A stretch of DNA of 64,000 nt. It comes from an uncultured virus (IMG/VR IMGVR_UViG_3300010347_001950). Taxonomy: Duplodnaviria; Heunggongvirae; Uroviricota; Caudoviricetes. Of this stretch, positions 20,779-30,982 are shown one piece after another. Position 1 is the first letter of the stretch. Every line of letters starts with the position of its first letter. A program made the position numbers and the translations under genes. The notes under the pieces are model-generated. The model had not been told where the DNA came from. It saw only the letters and a program-made list of their open reading frames with translations, and did not search any database. The DNA is taken from IMG/VR virus record IMGVR_UViG_3300010347_001950. The stretch is one strand, 5' to 3'.

Positions 20779-21688
20779 TTTGTGTATCCGTTAATATATT
20801 AAATACTTTCTTTATTCCATTTTGCAATGAGGTAAACTCAAAATTTGGAAAATGCGACAAGAATTTGCTCGAATCTATATCTTTTCTATATTGCCCATCT
20901 GGTTGATTATGATCAAATTTGATTTCTATATCATCTGCCTCGCATATATCAAGCGCCATGCGCGCTATCTTTTCGATAGAATAATTTTCTTTTGTTGCTA
21001 TATTCATATCTTGATATATTTGTCGTTCCACGATTTTATATATAGCCCTTGCAAGATCATCTGCATACATAAATTGTCTTAGCGGTTTACCGCTTCCGAA
21101 TAATGTTATAGTTTTTTTGTTGTTTTGTTTTGCATCAATTATTTTATATATAAGACTATTTAAAAAATGACTTTTCTCCGGATTATATATTTCATATTCG
21201 CTAAATAAATTACACGGGAATAAAACACACCATTCTTTATTATATTCATTTCTATATGCCTCAACATGTACAGCCATAGATCTCTTCGAATATGCATATG
21301 CTAAATTTGATTTTGTGGGCGCGCCATCGTGTAACATATTTTCTTTTATTGGGTATACATTACATTGATCTGGATACGCACAAGACGATGCAATTGCTAT
21401 TACATGTTTCACTCCACAAAGGTGGGCTTGTCTCAATACAAGCGTGTTCATTAAAGTGTTTTCTTCATAAAATTCTACAGGATGCCGTATATTATCAATT
21501 ATTCCACCCACTCTGGCAGCAAGATGAATAATTATATCTATATCGTTTGTGATACATTTCTCAACATCGCATTGGCGGGTAAGATCAAACTGTTTTGTGC
21601 CAATATATTGGGCTTTTGGAAAATACTTCTGTAAGTGTTTCCCAAGCATTCCTGTGCCGCCAGTAACCAATATATTATAATTATTCAT
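20771..21688 (-). CDS. fcl: GDP-L-fucose/colitose synthase (Fcl/ColC family)
   Basis: ILVTGGTGMLG, HLAARVGGI, SSCAYP, YAYSKR, GSGKPLRQFMYADD. Confidence 0.9.
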   Translation of the reverse strand: MNNYNILVTGGTGMLGKHLQKYFPKAQYIGTKQFDLTRQCDVEKCITNDIDIIIHLAARVGGIIDNIRHPVEFYEENTLMNTLVLRQAHLCGVKHVIAIASSCAYPDQCNVYPIKENMLHDGAPTKSNLAYAYSKRSMAVHVEAYRNEYNKEWCVLFPCNLFSEYEIYNPEKSHFLNSLIYKIIDAKQNNKKTITLFGSGKPLRQFMYADDLARAIYKIVERQIYQDMNIATKENYSIEKIARMALDICEADDIEIKFDHNQPDGQYRKDIDSSKFLSHFPNFEFTSLQNGIKKVFNILTDTQND

Positions 21689-22922
21689 ATAAATGCAATT
21701 CTGGTAAAGGTACTATGAATTTTGTTCCTTGCTGCATTAATTCCTTCTCTCTATTTATAAACGAATTTATAAATTGCCATGGCAGAGCAAATAAATAATC
21801 TGGTTTCATTTTCCTCATTTCGGCTTCTGATATAATTGGTATGCCTGTTCCAACTGTATATAATCCATATTTTTCTTCGCTTCGTTCAGCTATATATGGT
21901 AATAATTCATTTGTAATACCATAATATTGTAACAATGTATTGCCTTTTGTAGAAGCACCATATCCAATTACTAATTTGTTTTGTTCTTTTTGTTTCATTA
22001 ACCAATTGATTGTTTGTGTTTTCAAATTGTCAATACGATTCATAAAATCTACATATGGCTGTGCAGTTTTTAATTTTAATGTTTTTTCGTATTCTTCTAT
22101 TGAATTTATTTTGTATTTGCCAATATCATATATGTATTTTGGAATATATGTATTATTATTAGACCGCTTCGTTGAATAAATTCTAAAACTTCCTCCGTTC
22201 ACATCGTTTAATTCAATATCTACAATAGATATATCAGTGTGACTAAAAACCTCTTGTATAGACAGCAATGAATAATACGCCAGGTGCTCGTGGCATATAT
22301 TATCAAATGCGTTTTGAATTAACATAAGTGGCATATAACTACATTGAATTATTAGCACCCCATCATCTTCTAGACAATTTGATACTTGGTTTACAAAATC
22401 AATTGGATTATAAATATCATAAAGCATTGCAATTGCTGTAATAACTTTTGCTTTTTTGTTGAATTTTTCTTTATATGTTTTTTCTGAGAAAAAATCATTT
22501 ATTAAAAATATATTATTGTTTTTATATATCTCTGATTTTTCTGCGACATCAGACGGGTCTATACCAACTCTTACAATATTGTTGCCCCAGTTAGTGAGCA
22601 ATGTGCCATCATTGCTAGCAATATCAATAACAACATCCCCGCTTTGCACATTCACATATTTATACGAAGATATTACTATATCTCTTAACGCTTTTCTCAT
22701 TGCTTCATTAATACACGACCTATACCAATATTGTTTATACATTTTTTCTTGTGGGTATATATCATTCAGTTGTAATAAACCACATTTTTCGCATATACAT
22801 AATTGCAAAGGGCTTATATCTCCGGTTAATATATCTTTTTCGCTAACAAAGTTTGACACATATTGATTACCCAAATCAATTACAGTATTTGTCGTGTTAT
22901 TGTCAATTATGCAATTATGCAT
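21681..22922 (-). CDS. NDP-sugar C-methyltransferase (SAM-dependent)
   Basis: LCICEKCGLLQL zinc site, DIASNDGTLL, HEHLAYYS, NGGS, GYGASTKGNTLLQY. Confidence 0.88.
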   Translation of the reverse strand: MHNCIIDNNTTNTVIDLGNQYVSNFVSEKDILTGDISPLQLCICEKCGLLQLNDIYPQEKMYKQYWYRSCINEAMRKALRDIVISSYKYVNVQSGDVVIDIASNDGTLLTNWGNNIVRVGIDPSDVAEKSEIYKNNNIFLINDFFSEKTYKEKFNKKAKVITAIAMLYDIYNPIDFVNQVSNCLEDDGVLIIQCSYMPLMLIQNAFDNICHEHLAYYSLLSIQEVFSHTDISIVDIELNDVNGGSFRIYSTKRSNNNTYIPKYIYDIGKYKINSIEEYEKTLKLKTAQPYVDFMNRIDNLKTQTINWLMKQKEQNKLVIGYGASTKGNTLLQYYGITNELLPYIAERSEEKYGLYTVGTGIPIISEAEMRKMKPDYLFALPWQFINSFINREKELMQQGTKFIVPLPELHLYE

Positions 22923-23386
22923 TTTAGTATTTTAAGTATGTATAAACAATGCCATAGATGTATTGTGATTGGTAATGTTAACTCAGTCTGCTATTTAATG
23001 CAACCATCACAATGAGAATAATATATATTTATTTTCAATAATTGTATTAAATTATAATTATCTATGTGCATTTGGCTCTTCCTATTATAATTCGCCGTTG
23101 TTCGGCTTGATATATTAATTGTCTATATATTATAATTTGTATTTTTATACCAAAATTATTTTCCAAAATTTAATTAATTATACAACTTTATATGGTAATG
23201 CAATTTGTTCATCACGACAAACATTGGAGTTTATTAATATTACCATATAAATAATAATTGAAAAACATAGAAAACTATTAAAATGTATAACCAGCCTGCA
23301 GCTTTTTTAATTTGCAAATTATATTATTAAATGAAATATCACAATCAAAACATTAATCAATATTCTATATATAGACTGCGTGGCGG

Positions 23387-23641
23387 TTAGTTACAGTCTC
23401 CTCCTGCCGTGGGATGATCGGTTGACAATTTTATATCTAAGTCGTTTATATCACATTTGCCCAACAATAAATCTATTTCATTTTTTATATGACTGCGTTG
23501 TTTGTTAAGTAATTGTGCTTTCCTTGCGGCCTCTGCCACTACTTGGTCATTTGATTCATGTTCTATGATTTCAACACACTTAAAAATTTTAATATTAATT
23601 ATTGATAATTTATCGATAAGTTCAGAAATAGAAGTTTCCAT
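23387..23641 (-). CDS. Small helical protein (DUF6165-like)
   Basis: METSISELIDKLSIINIK...LNKQRSHIKNEID. Confidence 0.55.
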   Translation of the reverse strand: METSISELIDKLSIINIKIFKCVEIIEHESNDQVVAEAARKAQLLNKQRSHIKNEIDLLLGKCDINDLDIKLSTDHPTAGGDCN

Positions 23642-23769
23642 ATATATACACCATTTTATAATCTTAGCAAAAAATTCCGCCAAAACAAATACAATTATTG
23701 TACATATAATACCAATTGAAATTATTCAATTAAATATTTATTCTTAATGATATTAAACCCGTGTATGGT

Positions 23770-24645
23770 CTAGAAAATAGGAATTACACTACTGGCACGT
23801 GGATGTTTGCGTAATATATTTTTTATTTTTTCAAACTCATCTTCATCCACCAAATTATGGAGTTTATTATCAAAAAATATTTTTGAATATATGGCATATC
23901 TAGACATTGCTATTTTTTTATACGTATCAGGAACATTTACGTCATAATTTTCACAAAATCTTTTCCCGCTTCCAACACACTCGAAGTGAATACATTTTTC
24001 GCCTATATTGCCATAGACTGTATTTTTATTCCCATATTCGTCTGTTCCACCAAATATTTCTGATGGTATATAAAACGCCAATCCACCATTTTCTATAATA
24101 TGGAAACTTATTGGATCAAAAAAGTCTATTATTGGCCTTTTGCAAAGATCTGCTCCGACACACATTTGCATTAATTGATCATAATCGAAACACTTAATTT
24201 TATCAAAGCTAAAAGCACACAGAAATGTTTGCACAACATCATTTCTGTTTCTAACATCATTACGACCATGTTTGTTGTTTCTGTAACAACGATACGGACC
24301 TATTAAATCATATTTTTCATTAATTTTTGTATATATATAATCTATACAATTGTCGAAAAATATTACATCGCTGTCAAAATGTATTATATATTTGCTATTG
24401 CTTTCAAGTATTGCGTTGGCAAAAATCGAAGCTGTTCCGAGGTGCCCATTATAATACATATCTGTGGTTTCTTTATTTACATAATGAAAAATATTATTAG
24501 AATGATATTCTATTTGTTTGGAGTCTTTTTCTGTACAGTATATATTTACTTTTTCGTCGTGAAATTTGTGAAATGTCATCAGGCACTGATTGAGTATTTC
24601 CCCGCATCCAACTGCTTCTGTAAATATATACGTATCTTTCATCAA
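23770..24645 (-). CDS. Putative GT-A glycosyltransferase
   Basis: YIIHFDSDVIF DxD motif; inside the glycan operon. Confidence 0.65.
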   Translation of the reverse strand: MMKDTYIFTEAVGCGEILNQCLMTFHKFHDEKVNIYCTEKDSKQIEYHSNNIFHYVNKETTDMYYNGHLGTASIFANAILESNSKYIIHFDSDVIFFDNCIDYIYTKINEKYDLIGPYRCYRNNKHGRNDVRNRNDVVQTFLCAFSFDKIKCFDYDQLMQMCVGADLCKRPIIDFFDPISFHIIENGGLAFYIPSEIFGGTDEYGNKNTVYGNIGEKCIHFECVGSGKRFCENYDVNVPDTYKKIAMSRYAIYSKIFFDNKLHNLVDEDEFEKIKNILRKHPRASSVIPIF

Positions 24646-25460
24646 AATACTCTTTCTATATATTGTTGTGCCAAATTATAATTATCTTTAATATATTCAA
24701 TCCTGTCGTTATAATCATTTTTTGTGATATTTTTTAAAATTTTATATAGATCTTCTGTGCTATCAAATGTGATTATGCCATTTACATTAAAAAAATCTCC
24801 TATACTTGGGCATCCATAATAAATGGGTATTGTACCTGTAACAAAACAATCTATTATTTTTTCTGTAAAGTAATAGTCTCTTTTAACATTTTCAACAACA
24901 ATTGAGTACTTATAATTTTTTAATCCATCTAATTTTTGTGGTATATATTTATACCCAGTACCAAATATGCCATCTATATACTTTCCGAATAAATCAATAA
25001 TTTTGTGTCTCAATAAATGACCGGTGGTCATTTTTTTATATGAACTTATTATAGATATAGACTTTGATTTTTCATATATTTTTCTGTCGTCTTTTGGTAT
25101 CCAACATCCACCGAATGGATAAAAAACAAATTTGTTATTTCCTTTTTCCAGCAAATCTCTATCAAATGTAAAAATTTTATAAAATTGGTTATTTAATAAT
25201 TCGTTTTCTATATCTCTATATATGTTGCGCGTATTACCTGATTGATTATTTAAGTATTCTATGATATCTCGAACTTCTAACAATACCGCAATTTTTATAC
25301 CATCATATTTGTGAGCTTCGTAAATCATTTCATCTGTAAACAACAATGCGTCACAATCGCATACATCGTCGCGCAAGTGGACATTTCTATATACATCCTG
25401 ATAATGACCATGTACAAAATCAAATTTGTTTTGTTTATATTCACTTATTAAGTTTCTCAT
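24642..25460 (-). CDS. GT10-like alpha-1,3-fucosyltransferase
   Basis: YKYSIVVEN...YFTEKIIDCF..GTIPIYYG. Confidence 0.8.
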   Translation of the reverse strand: MRNLISEYKQNKFDFVHGHYQDVYRNVHLRDDVCDCDALLFTDEMIYEAHKYDGIKIAVLLEVRDIIEYLNNQSGNTRNIYRDIENELLNNQFYKIFTFDRDLLEKGNNKFVFYPFGGCWIPKDDRKIYEKSKSISIISSYKKMTTGHLLRHKIIDLFGKYIDGIFGTGYKYIPQKLDGLKNYKYSIVVENVKRDYYFTEKIIDCFVTGTIPIYYGCPSIGDFFNVNGIITFDSTEDLYKILKNITKNDYNDRIEYIKDNYNLAQQYIERVF

Positions 25461-26220
25461 ACCATTCCCATGTTTTTATAAATTCCTCAAGTTCTTCTTT
25501 GTCCATGCGGGATATAGCATTCCACATTTCCCAGTTGTTTTTTGAATATTTATGTCCCTCCATACTATTAATTGTTCTTGGGTGCTCTATATGAAACAAA
25601 TTACCGTTAATTCTCACGACTCTATACCCAAGCGTACGAAATCTATATAATCTTTCCTCGTCTTCTGGCCCGTATGCAATAAAATATTCATTTTCGCCAC
25701 CTCCTCTTTTATAAATATCTGCTCTTACAAACGCGCATCCTCCTGGGGCTACACGTTCTGGCATGTGTTTCCTCAAATTTTCTTCTCCATACTTTTCGAT
25801 TCCGTTTTGTAAAATAGGATTCATTAAATCTCTTGTAATTGTAAGATTGTATTTATCAAACGGAAGTACCAAATCTGCCTCATTGTGCCTTATAAGTTCA
25901 ACAGAATTTACATATTGTTGCGGATAAAATAATACATCACAATCGTAACTAGATACGATCGGAGTAGAAGATATCATCAACATATCGTTTAATAATTTTG
26001 TTTTGTGTATAAGCTTAAGATCTGTACTATATTGCATATATGTAACATTTTTGAAACTTTCACAAACAGATTTTGATGTATCTCCTTGTTCGTTTACAAT
26101 GATATTTGTATCAAAATTGTGAGTGAGAAAATATAATATCATCCACAAATTTTCTAATCGTTCTTTAGTTTCTATTTTTATTGGTATAATAAATGTAGTA
26201 TCAGTCAAATCATACATCAA
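25441..26220 (-). CDS. GT7-like galactosyltransferase (paralog 1)
   Basis: TFIIPIKI, YDCDV, GGENEYFIAYGPEDEER. Confidence 0.8.
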   Translation of the reverse strand: MMYDLTDTTFIIPIKIETKERLENLWMILYFLTHNFDTNIIVNEQGDTSKSVCESFKNVTYMQYSTDLKLIHKTKLLNDMLMISSTPIVSSYDCDVLFYPQQYVNSVELIRHNEADLVLPFDKYNLTITRDLMNPILQNGIEKYGEENLRKHMPERVAPGGCAFVRADIYKRGGGENEYFIAYGPEDEERLYRFRTLGYRVVRINGNLFHIEHPRTINSMEGHKYSKNNWEMWNAISRMDKEELEEFIKTWEWYEKLNK

Positions 26221-26971
26221 TTTGCCTCCATAATGGCGGTAGTAAATCTTTAGTTGTATATTTGTTATAAGCTACTCCAAACCATTTTTTTGGAGCTATT
26301 ACTGTTTGATTATGGTTTTCACACAAATATGCTCCCCACCAACTAAAAGAGGAATTTGCTATTATGTGGTTTTTGCATAGTTTCATAATATGTAACTCTA
26401 TCGGCTGATTATTATAATCTATATATACAAATCTACGATTTATTTTTCCAAAGTTTTCTTTGCACCAATTTATATCATCAGAGAACACTACAAATAACAT
26501 ATTATTATCAAATAGGTCTATTGCATTTTTATAATATTCTATGCCCAAAAAAGGATGATATTCAGGCATATTTAAATAATCGCCTCTTCGTACATGTATA
26601 CTACATGTTTCTGTGTCTTCGATAAATTTAAACCCGCGCGATATTCTTTCTTCAATTTCGTTATTCACACGAAATATTTTTAATATATGACTTTTATTAT
26701 CTTCAAAATATTTATAGCTTTGGAAATAACCACACAAATTTATGTCATCAACCATAGGTATTGGGCGATACGAAAAATCATCTGGTTCATAGTAATCCCT
26801 GGTTGGGAATTCATTGGCAACATGCAATTTGTATTCAAAATATTTTTGATATATCCATAGCGGATATCCACTTGTTGTGTTCATTTTAATAGCGTGAGAT
26901 TCTGTGGTAGCTATTTGAAATAAGCAATTACCAAGTTTCCCCATTTTTCCTAAATGTTTATATGTAATCAT
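26210..26971 (-). CDS. GT11 alpha-1,2-fucosyl/colitosyltransferase
   Basis: GKLGNCLFQ, GYFQS, HVRRGDY, FSDD, IIANSSFSWWGAYL. Confidence 0.9.
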   Translation of the reverse strand: MITYKHLGKMGKLGNCLFQIATTESHAIKMNTTSGYPLWIYQKYFEYKLHVANEFPTRDYYEPDDFSYRPIPMVDDINLCGYFQSYKYFEDNKSHILKIFRVNNEIEERISRGFKFIEDTETCSIHVRRGDYLNMPEYHPFLGIEYYKNAIDLFDNNMLFVVFSDDINWCKENFGKINRRFVYIDYNNQPIELHIMKLCKNHIIANSSFSWWGAYLCENHNQTVIAPKKWFGVAYNKYTTKDLLPPLWRQIDV

Positions 26972-26974
26972 AAT

Positions 26975-27757
26975 TTACTGTATATAATCTTTACACCATT
27001 CCCACGTCTTTATTAATTTCAACAACTGTTCTTTGTCCAGAGATTTTATATAATTCATTTCTCGTGAATTTGTCCAAATTCTAGATGAATTGAATTGTAC
27101 TTTTTCGTGATTCATATGATATAATGATTTGTCTGTGCGTTTTATTTTTAGCCCAAGTGTATTAAATCGATAAAATCTTTCGTTGTCTTCAAACCCCCAT
27201 CCAAAAAAATTCTCGTTTTCCATACCGCTGTTTATAAAACTTTGCTTGTTATAAAATATAGCCCCGCCAAGAGATGGTTTATCCGGCGGGCCTATATGGG
27301 CAAAGTTTGATTTGTCTATTTTATCAAGATCATAATATATCATAAATTGTTCTATTGATTTATCATCGATATTTAAAAATTGACCATTATAAGGATAAAC
27401 CACATCTGCCTCGTTGTTTCTAATTAATTCAGTGGAAATAACATACTGATCAATTGGGAGCAATACATCACAGTCATAATTAACTATAATTGGAGTGTTA
27501 GATTTCATACACATTAAATTCAACTGAGCAGTTCTGTGTATTTCGTTTTTATTGACATTCGATTCAAAATGTAAATATATATATTTTGCGTTTTTTAATA
27601 TATCTGCAACGTAGTTATCGTTTTGTTCACAAACAATTATATTTGTGTCAAAATATCTATTGATATAATTAACACAAACAAATAAATTTCTTGCCCTGTC
27701 TCTAGAATCGATTTTGACAGGTATATTAAAAGTCACATCAGATAAATCTATTTTCAT
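26975..27757 (-). CDS. GT7-like galactosyltransferase (paralog 2)
   Basis: YDCDV, GMENENFFGWGFEDNER. Confidence 0.8.
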   Translation of the reverse strand: MKIDLSDVTFNIPVKIDSRDRARNLFVCVNYINRYFDTNIIVCEQNDNYVADILKNAKYIYLHFESNVNKNEIHRTAQLNLMCMKSNTPIIVNYDCDVLLPIDQYVISTELIRNNEADVVYPYNGQFLNIDDKSIEQFMIYYDLDKIDKSNFAHIGPPDKPSLGGAIFYNKQSFINSGMENENFFGWGFEDNERFYRFNTLGLKIKRTDKSLYHMNHEKVQFNSSRIWTNSREMNYIKSLDKEQLLKLIKTWEWCKDYIQ

Positions 27758-28011
27758 TTACTTTGATTAACATTTGGTGGCTGAGCCGGCGCGATCTGGA
27801 TATTAAACACATATCTAATAATACCTTCGTTATCTGGAACGAAATGTATATCGGGTATTAACATGCAATTATATTTTTGCAATATTGATTTTACTTTTTC
27901 TCCACATTCTGTGGCTCTTCGCTGTTTTTCTTCATTGCTTATAATTTTATCTCCAAATATACTATCAAAATCAGGTATTTCTGGGATTTCAAGTTCCGAA
28001 TCTTCTTGCAT
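27754..28011 (-). CDS. Small hypothetical protein, paralog of 28784..29026
   Basis: ECGEKVKSILQKYNC vs NCGNEIKDVLQEYGC; ATGA overlap with the GT7 gene. Confidence 0.7.
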   Translation of the reverse strand: MQEDSELEIPEIPDFDSIFGDKIISNEEKQRRATECGEKVKSILQKYNCMLIPDIHFVPDNEGIIRYVFNIQIAPAQPPNVNQSK

Positions 28012-28014
28012 TTG

Positions 28015-28800
28015 TTACTCCTTTTGTTTCCATGTTTCAATTTCTTGTTTTAATTGTTTATCAGACAACGATAATATGCGCAAATATTCTTCTCTATTGC
28101 CTGGAGCATATCCGGTGTGGAATCTGTTCCTGCTATGCTCTATATGATATAAATCTCCTCCAATTCGGTTTATTGTATTACCAAGTTTTAAAAATCTATA
28201 GTACATCTCATCATCTTCGTGACCCCACCCTTTGAAATTAGTATTATACATACCAGATTCAATTAATTTGTTCTTGTTATAGAATAAAATTCCACCTATT
28301 GTAGGCCCATGATATGACGGGGGTGTAATATTAATTTTTTCTAATTTTTCGATTATATTGAAATCAAATTTTGGGTATATATTATTTATATCTTTTTTTG
28401 GAATTTGCCATGTTATATTATCATAAGGGATTGAACAATCACACAATTGTTGTTCAACAGATTCTATTGCCAATGTATATTGTTCTGGTTTTGCAAATAC
28501 ATCGCTGTCCTGTATAGCAACTATATCTGTATTTGAATTTTTTATTCCAAGATTAATAAGTTCACTTTTGTGAATAAAATTGTCATTTATATCCAAATTA
28601 ATATATTGTATATTTTCAAATCTATTGACAATCTCTGCCTCGCATATATGATCGTATTGTTCAACTATTATAATTTCTGATTCGTTAAAAAATTTTTTAA
28701 TAAATCCAATTATAACAAATAGATTTTTAGCCCTATCTGCAGAATCTATTTTGATTGGTATGATAAATGTCACGTCTTGACATTTACTGGCTGTCGACAT
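28015..28800 (-). CDS. GT7-like galactosyltransferase (paralog 3)
   Basis: QDSDV, GMYNTNFKGWGHEDDE. Confidence 0.8.
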   Translation of the reverse strand: MSTASKCQDVTFIIPIKIDSADRAKNLFVIIGFIKKFFNESEIIIVEQYDHICEAEIVNRFENIQYINLDINDNFIHKSELINLGIKNSNTDIVAIQDSDVFAKPEQYTLAIESVEQQLCDCSIPYDNITWQIPKKDINNIYPKFDFNIIEKLEKINITPPSYHGPTIGGILFYNKNKLIESGMYNTNFKGWGHEDDEMYYRFLKLGNTINRIGGDLYHIEHSRNRFHTGYAPGNREEYLRILSLSDKQLKQEIETWKQKE

Positions 28801-29026
28801 ATCTTACACCAACCTGTGGATTGATTCTCAATCTCATTTCGTCATCTATAAATAATCCTGGCACCACATATATAGCACAGCCATATTCTTGTAGTACATC
28901 TTTTATTTCGTTCCCGCAATTTTCAATATTTTTTAAAATCCGCTCTTGATTCTCTTTTTCTTTGTTATCAGTTGTTGTATTGAATATACTATTCAATCTC
29001 GTGTCTTGTTCTTTTTCTATAAGCAT
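28784..29026 (-). CDS. Small hypothetical protein, paralog of 27754..28011
   Basis: AGGAG RBS; overlaps the GT7 start. Confidence 0.7.
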   Translation of the reverse strand: MLIEKEQDTRLNSIFNTTTDNKEKENQERILKNIENCGNEIKDVLQEYGCAIYVVPGLFIDDEMRLRINPQVGVRYVDSQ

Positions 29027-29048
29027 AATTGTCTCCTGTTTTAATTTA

Positions 29049-30128
29049 TTATATACTATTTTTTAAATATTTAGACTCCAGCATACCGCCATTACTCAAA
29101 ATAGTATATTCTGCATTTTGCTTAAACTCTTTCAAGTTACGAGCCCCAGCATAAGTAAATGCGCTTCTAATTCCTCCGGTAAGTTCTGCAATTACTTGTT
29201 TTGTATCTCCTGTATATTTAATATACCTGCTTATGCCTTCTGGGGCAGTTCCTGGCTTCAATCCATCTTTATATAATTCTTGCGCTTCCTTGCTAGCCAT
29301 ACCAAAAACTTTTTTATATTTTACTCCGTCCATTTCTATGACATCAAATGGGCTTTCTGATGTTCCGGCAAGCAATGTGCCCACGGTACAACAATCTGCG
29401 CCGAATGCTAATAACTTGGCTATGTCTCCGCTTGTTTTAATACCGCCGTCTGCTATTATGGGCATTTCGTATTTTTGGCATACATCGTTGCAGTCTATTA
29501 TTGATTGCAGTGTGCTTATTCCAAACCCAGTTGTCACCCTTGTAGAACAACAACTACCACCGCCTATTCCGATTCTAACAGCATCTATATCAGAATCACA
29601 CATTCTTTTTGCCGCTTCTCTTGTAGCTATATTACCAACTATTATGTCAAGATTGTGCCCAAATATATTCCTTATTGTTTTTATCATATCATAAACATAA
29701 GAACTATCGGCATGAGCAAGATCTATCATTATTGCATCAATTTTACATGTATCGAATATTTTTTCGATCATGCTTAGTGTTTTGATGTCTTCTTCCTTCA
29801 CCCCTATTGAAATTATTATTGGGTAATGATTGGTGTCAGTTATTTTTTCGAATCTATATTTGTTTAGAGCAATAGATTTATTTTTTATTTCGTTTGTTTT
29901 CATAAATCTATGTAATATCCCAGTACTACCGGTATCCCACATTGCCTTTATCATATTTATATCTGTTACTGTTGACATATTCGTAGATACAATCGGATGC
30001 GAAATCGGGATATGTTTGCTTATTTTTGTAGATATATCTGTATCAAGCCTGCTTTTGACTGTATTATATTGAGGCACTAATAGTATATCGTCACATGAAA
30101 GCGTGCTTCTATGTAACAATATTGGCAT
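29049..30128 (-). CDS. guaB: IMP dehydrogenase / GMP reductase family (no CBS domains)
   Basis: DDILLVP, GIGGGSCCSTR catalytic loop, IIADGGI, GMAS, APEG; guaB vs guaC not resolved. Confidence 0.85.
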   Translation of the reverse strand: MPILLHRSTLSCDDILLVPQYNTVKSRLDTDISTKISKHIPISHPIVSTNMSTVTDINMIKAMWDTGSTGILHRFMKTNEIKNKSIALNKYRFEKITDTNHYPIIISIGVKEEDIKTLSMIEKIFDTCKIDAIMIDLAHADSSYVYDMIKTIRNIFGHNLDIIVGNIATREAAKRMCDSDIDAVRIGIGGGSCCSTRVTTGFGISTLQSIIDCNDVCQKYEMPIIADGGIKTSGDIAKLLAFGADCCTVGTLLAGTSESPFDVIEMDGVKYKKVFGMASKEAQELYKDGLKPGTAPEGISRYIKYTGDTKQVIAELTGGIRSAFTYAGARNLKEFKQNAEYTILSNGGMLESKYLKNSI

Positions 30129-30148
30129 AATTTTACTCCGTTACATTC

Positions 30149-30499
30149 GTTAACTATAGCATGCGTGAATTTGCGGATTGCATCTGTTACAAGCCCAGAA
30201 GCCTTTGATTTCAACACAAACCGCCATGCTTATATAGTCTTGCATTCGCTCTATCAGCATTTTAATTGTCTGTAATTCATACAACGAATAACTCTAAACC
30301 TTTCCAACCCTGGGGCTTATAGGCATTAACTTGTGGTTATTGTCTTTTGCCATTGGTTAATCATCCATTGTAGAATTGCTTATAGTTAATTATACAATAT
30401 ATTGTCTATAAGCTTTTGAATCATTTTTTGAAGAAGATTGTATTTACACAAACTCCATTGCCCACTACTACAAGCATGAGGGTTTCATGGAGTTATTCT
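30149..30499 (-). mobile_element. Non-autonomous IS200/IS605 mini-element (both ends, coding region almost all deleted)
   Basis: Minus strand: TTTAT|AGAATAACTCCA...TGGAGTT left-end hairpin; ggcttctgggcttgtaacagatgcaatccgc...tagttaac right end. Confidence 0.8.
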
Positions 30500-30523
30500 A
30501 TAAATATCTATGTGGAGCATGTG

Positions 30524-30982
30524 ATGAAAAAGTTTATCAAGATATCAACAATAGATAATAAAGAAATTTCCAGAATAGAAAACTTTATAGAAGTTGAATC
30601 TGCTCGAATTAAAAACTGGAAAGATATCGATCTGCCAAACATATTATCGTCTATGGATATACAAATTGGCAAGAATAACATAAATCAGATATATTTTTAT
30701 ATATCAAAATTAATTATTCAAATGCAATCTGAATTGCTTGGTGTACAACGCAATCTTTCTCATGCAAAATTTTTATCTATACTTCCACACAACAAAGAGG
30801 CATACAAGGATATTGAACAAGCATGTGCTAATGTACGTTCTCATGTAAATAATTATCGCAGAAAAGCATTACAGCTAAACAATGTATGGAATGCTCTAAA
30901 CAGGCTTGCTGTCAATCATACACAATGTCCATATGATATTAGTAACATTAGTGGTATTAATTTGAGCAATCGCTCATTTTAA
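30524..30982 (+). CDS. Hypothetical protein (MKKFIKIS N-terminus)
   Basis: GGAG before ATG 30524; the upstream extension in the ORF track lies within the IS end. Confidence 0.65.
   Translation: MKKFIKISTIDNKEISRIENFIEVESARIKNWKDIDLPNILSSMDIQIGKNNINQIYFYISKLIIQMQSELLGVQRNLSHAKFLSILPHNKEAYKDIEQACANVRSHVNNYRRKALQLNNVWNALNRLAVNHTQCPYDISNISGINLSNRSF

Noticed and set aside
30416..30523. N-terminal extensions of ORFs 30416, 35117, 7575, 33767, 2038 and 669 in the ORF track
   Set aside because: They run through IS ends, inserts or upstream genes; better RBS-linked starts lie downstream (none for 669)
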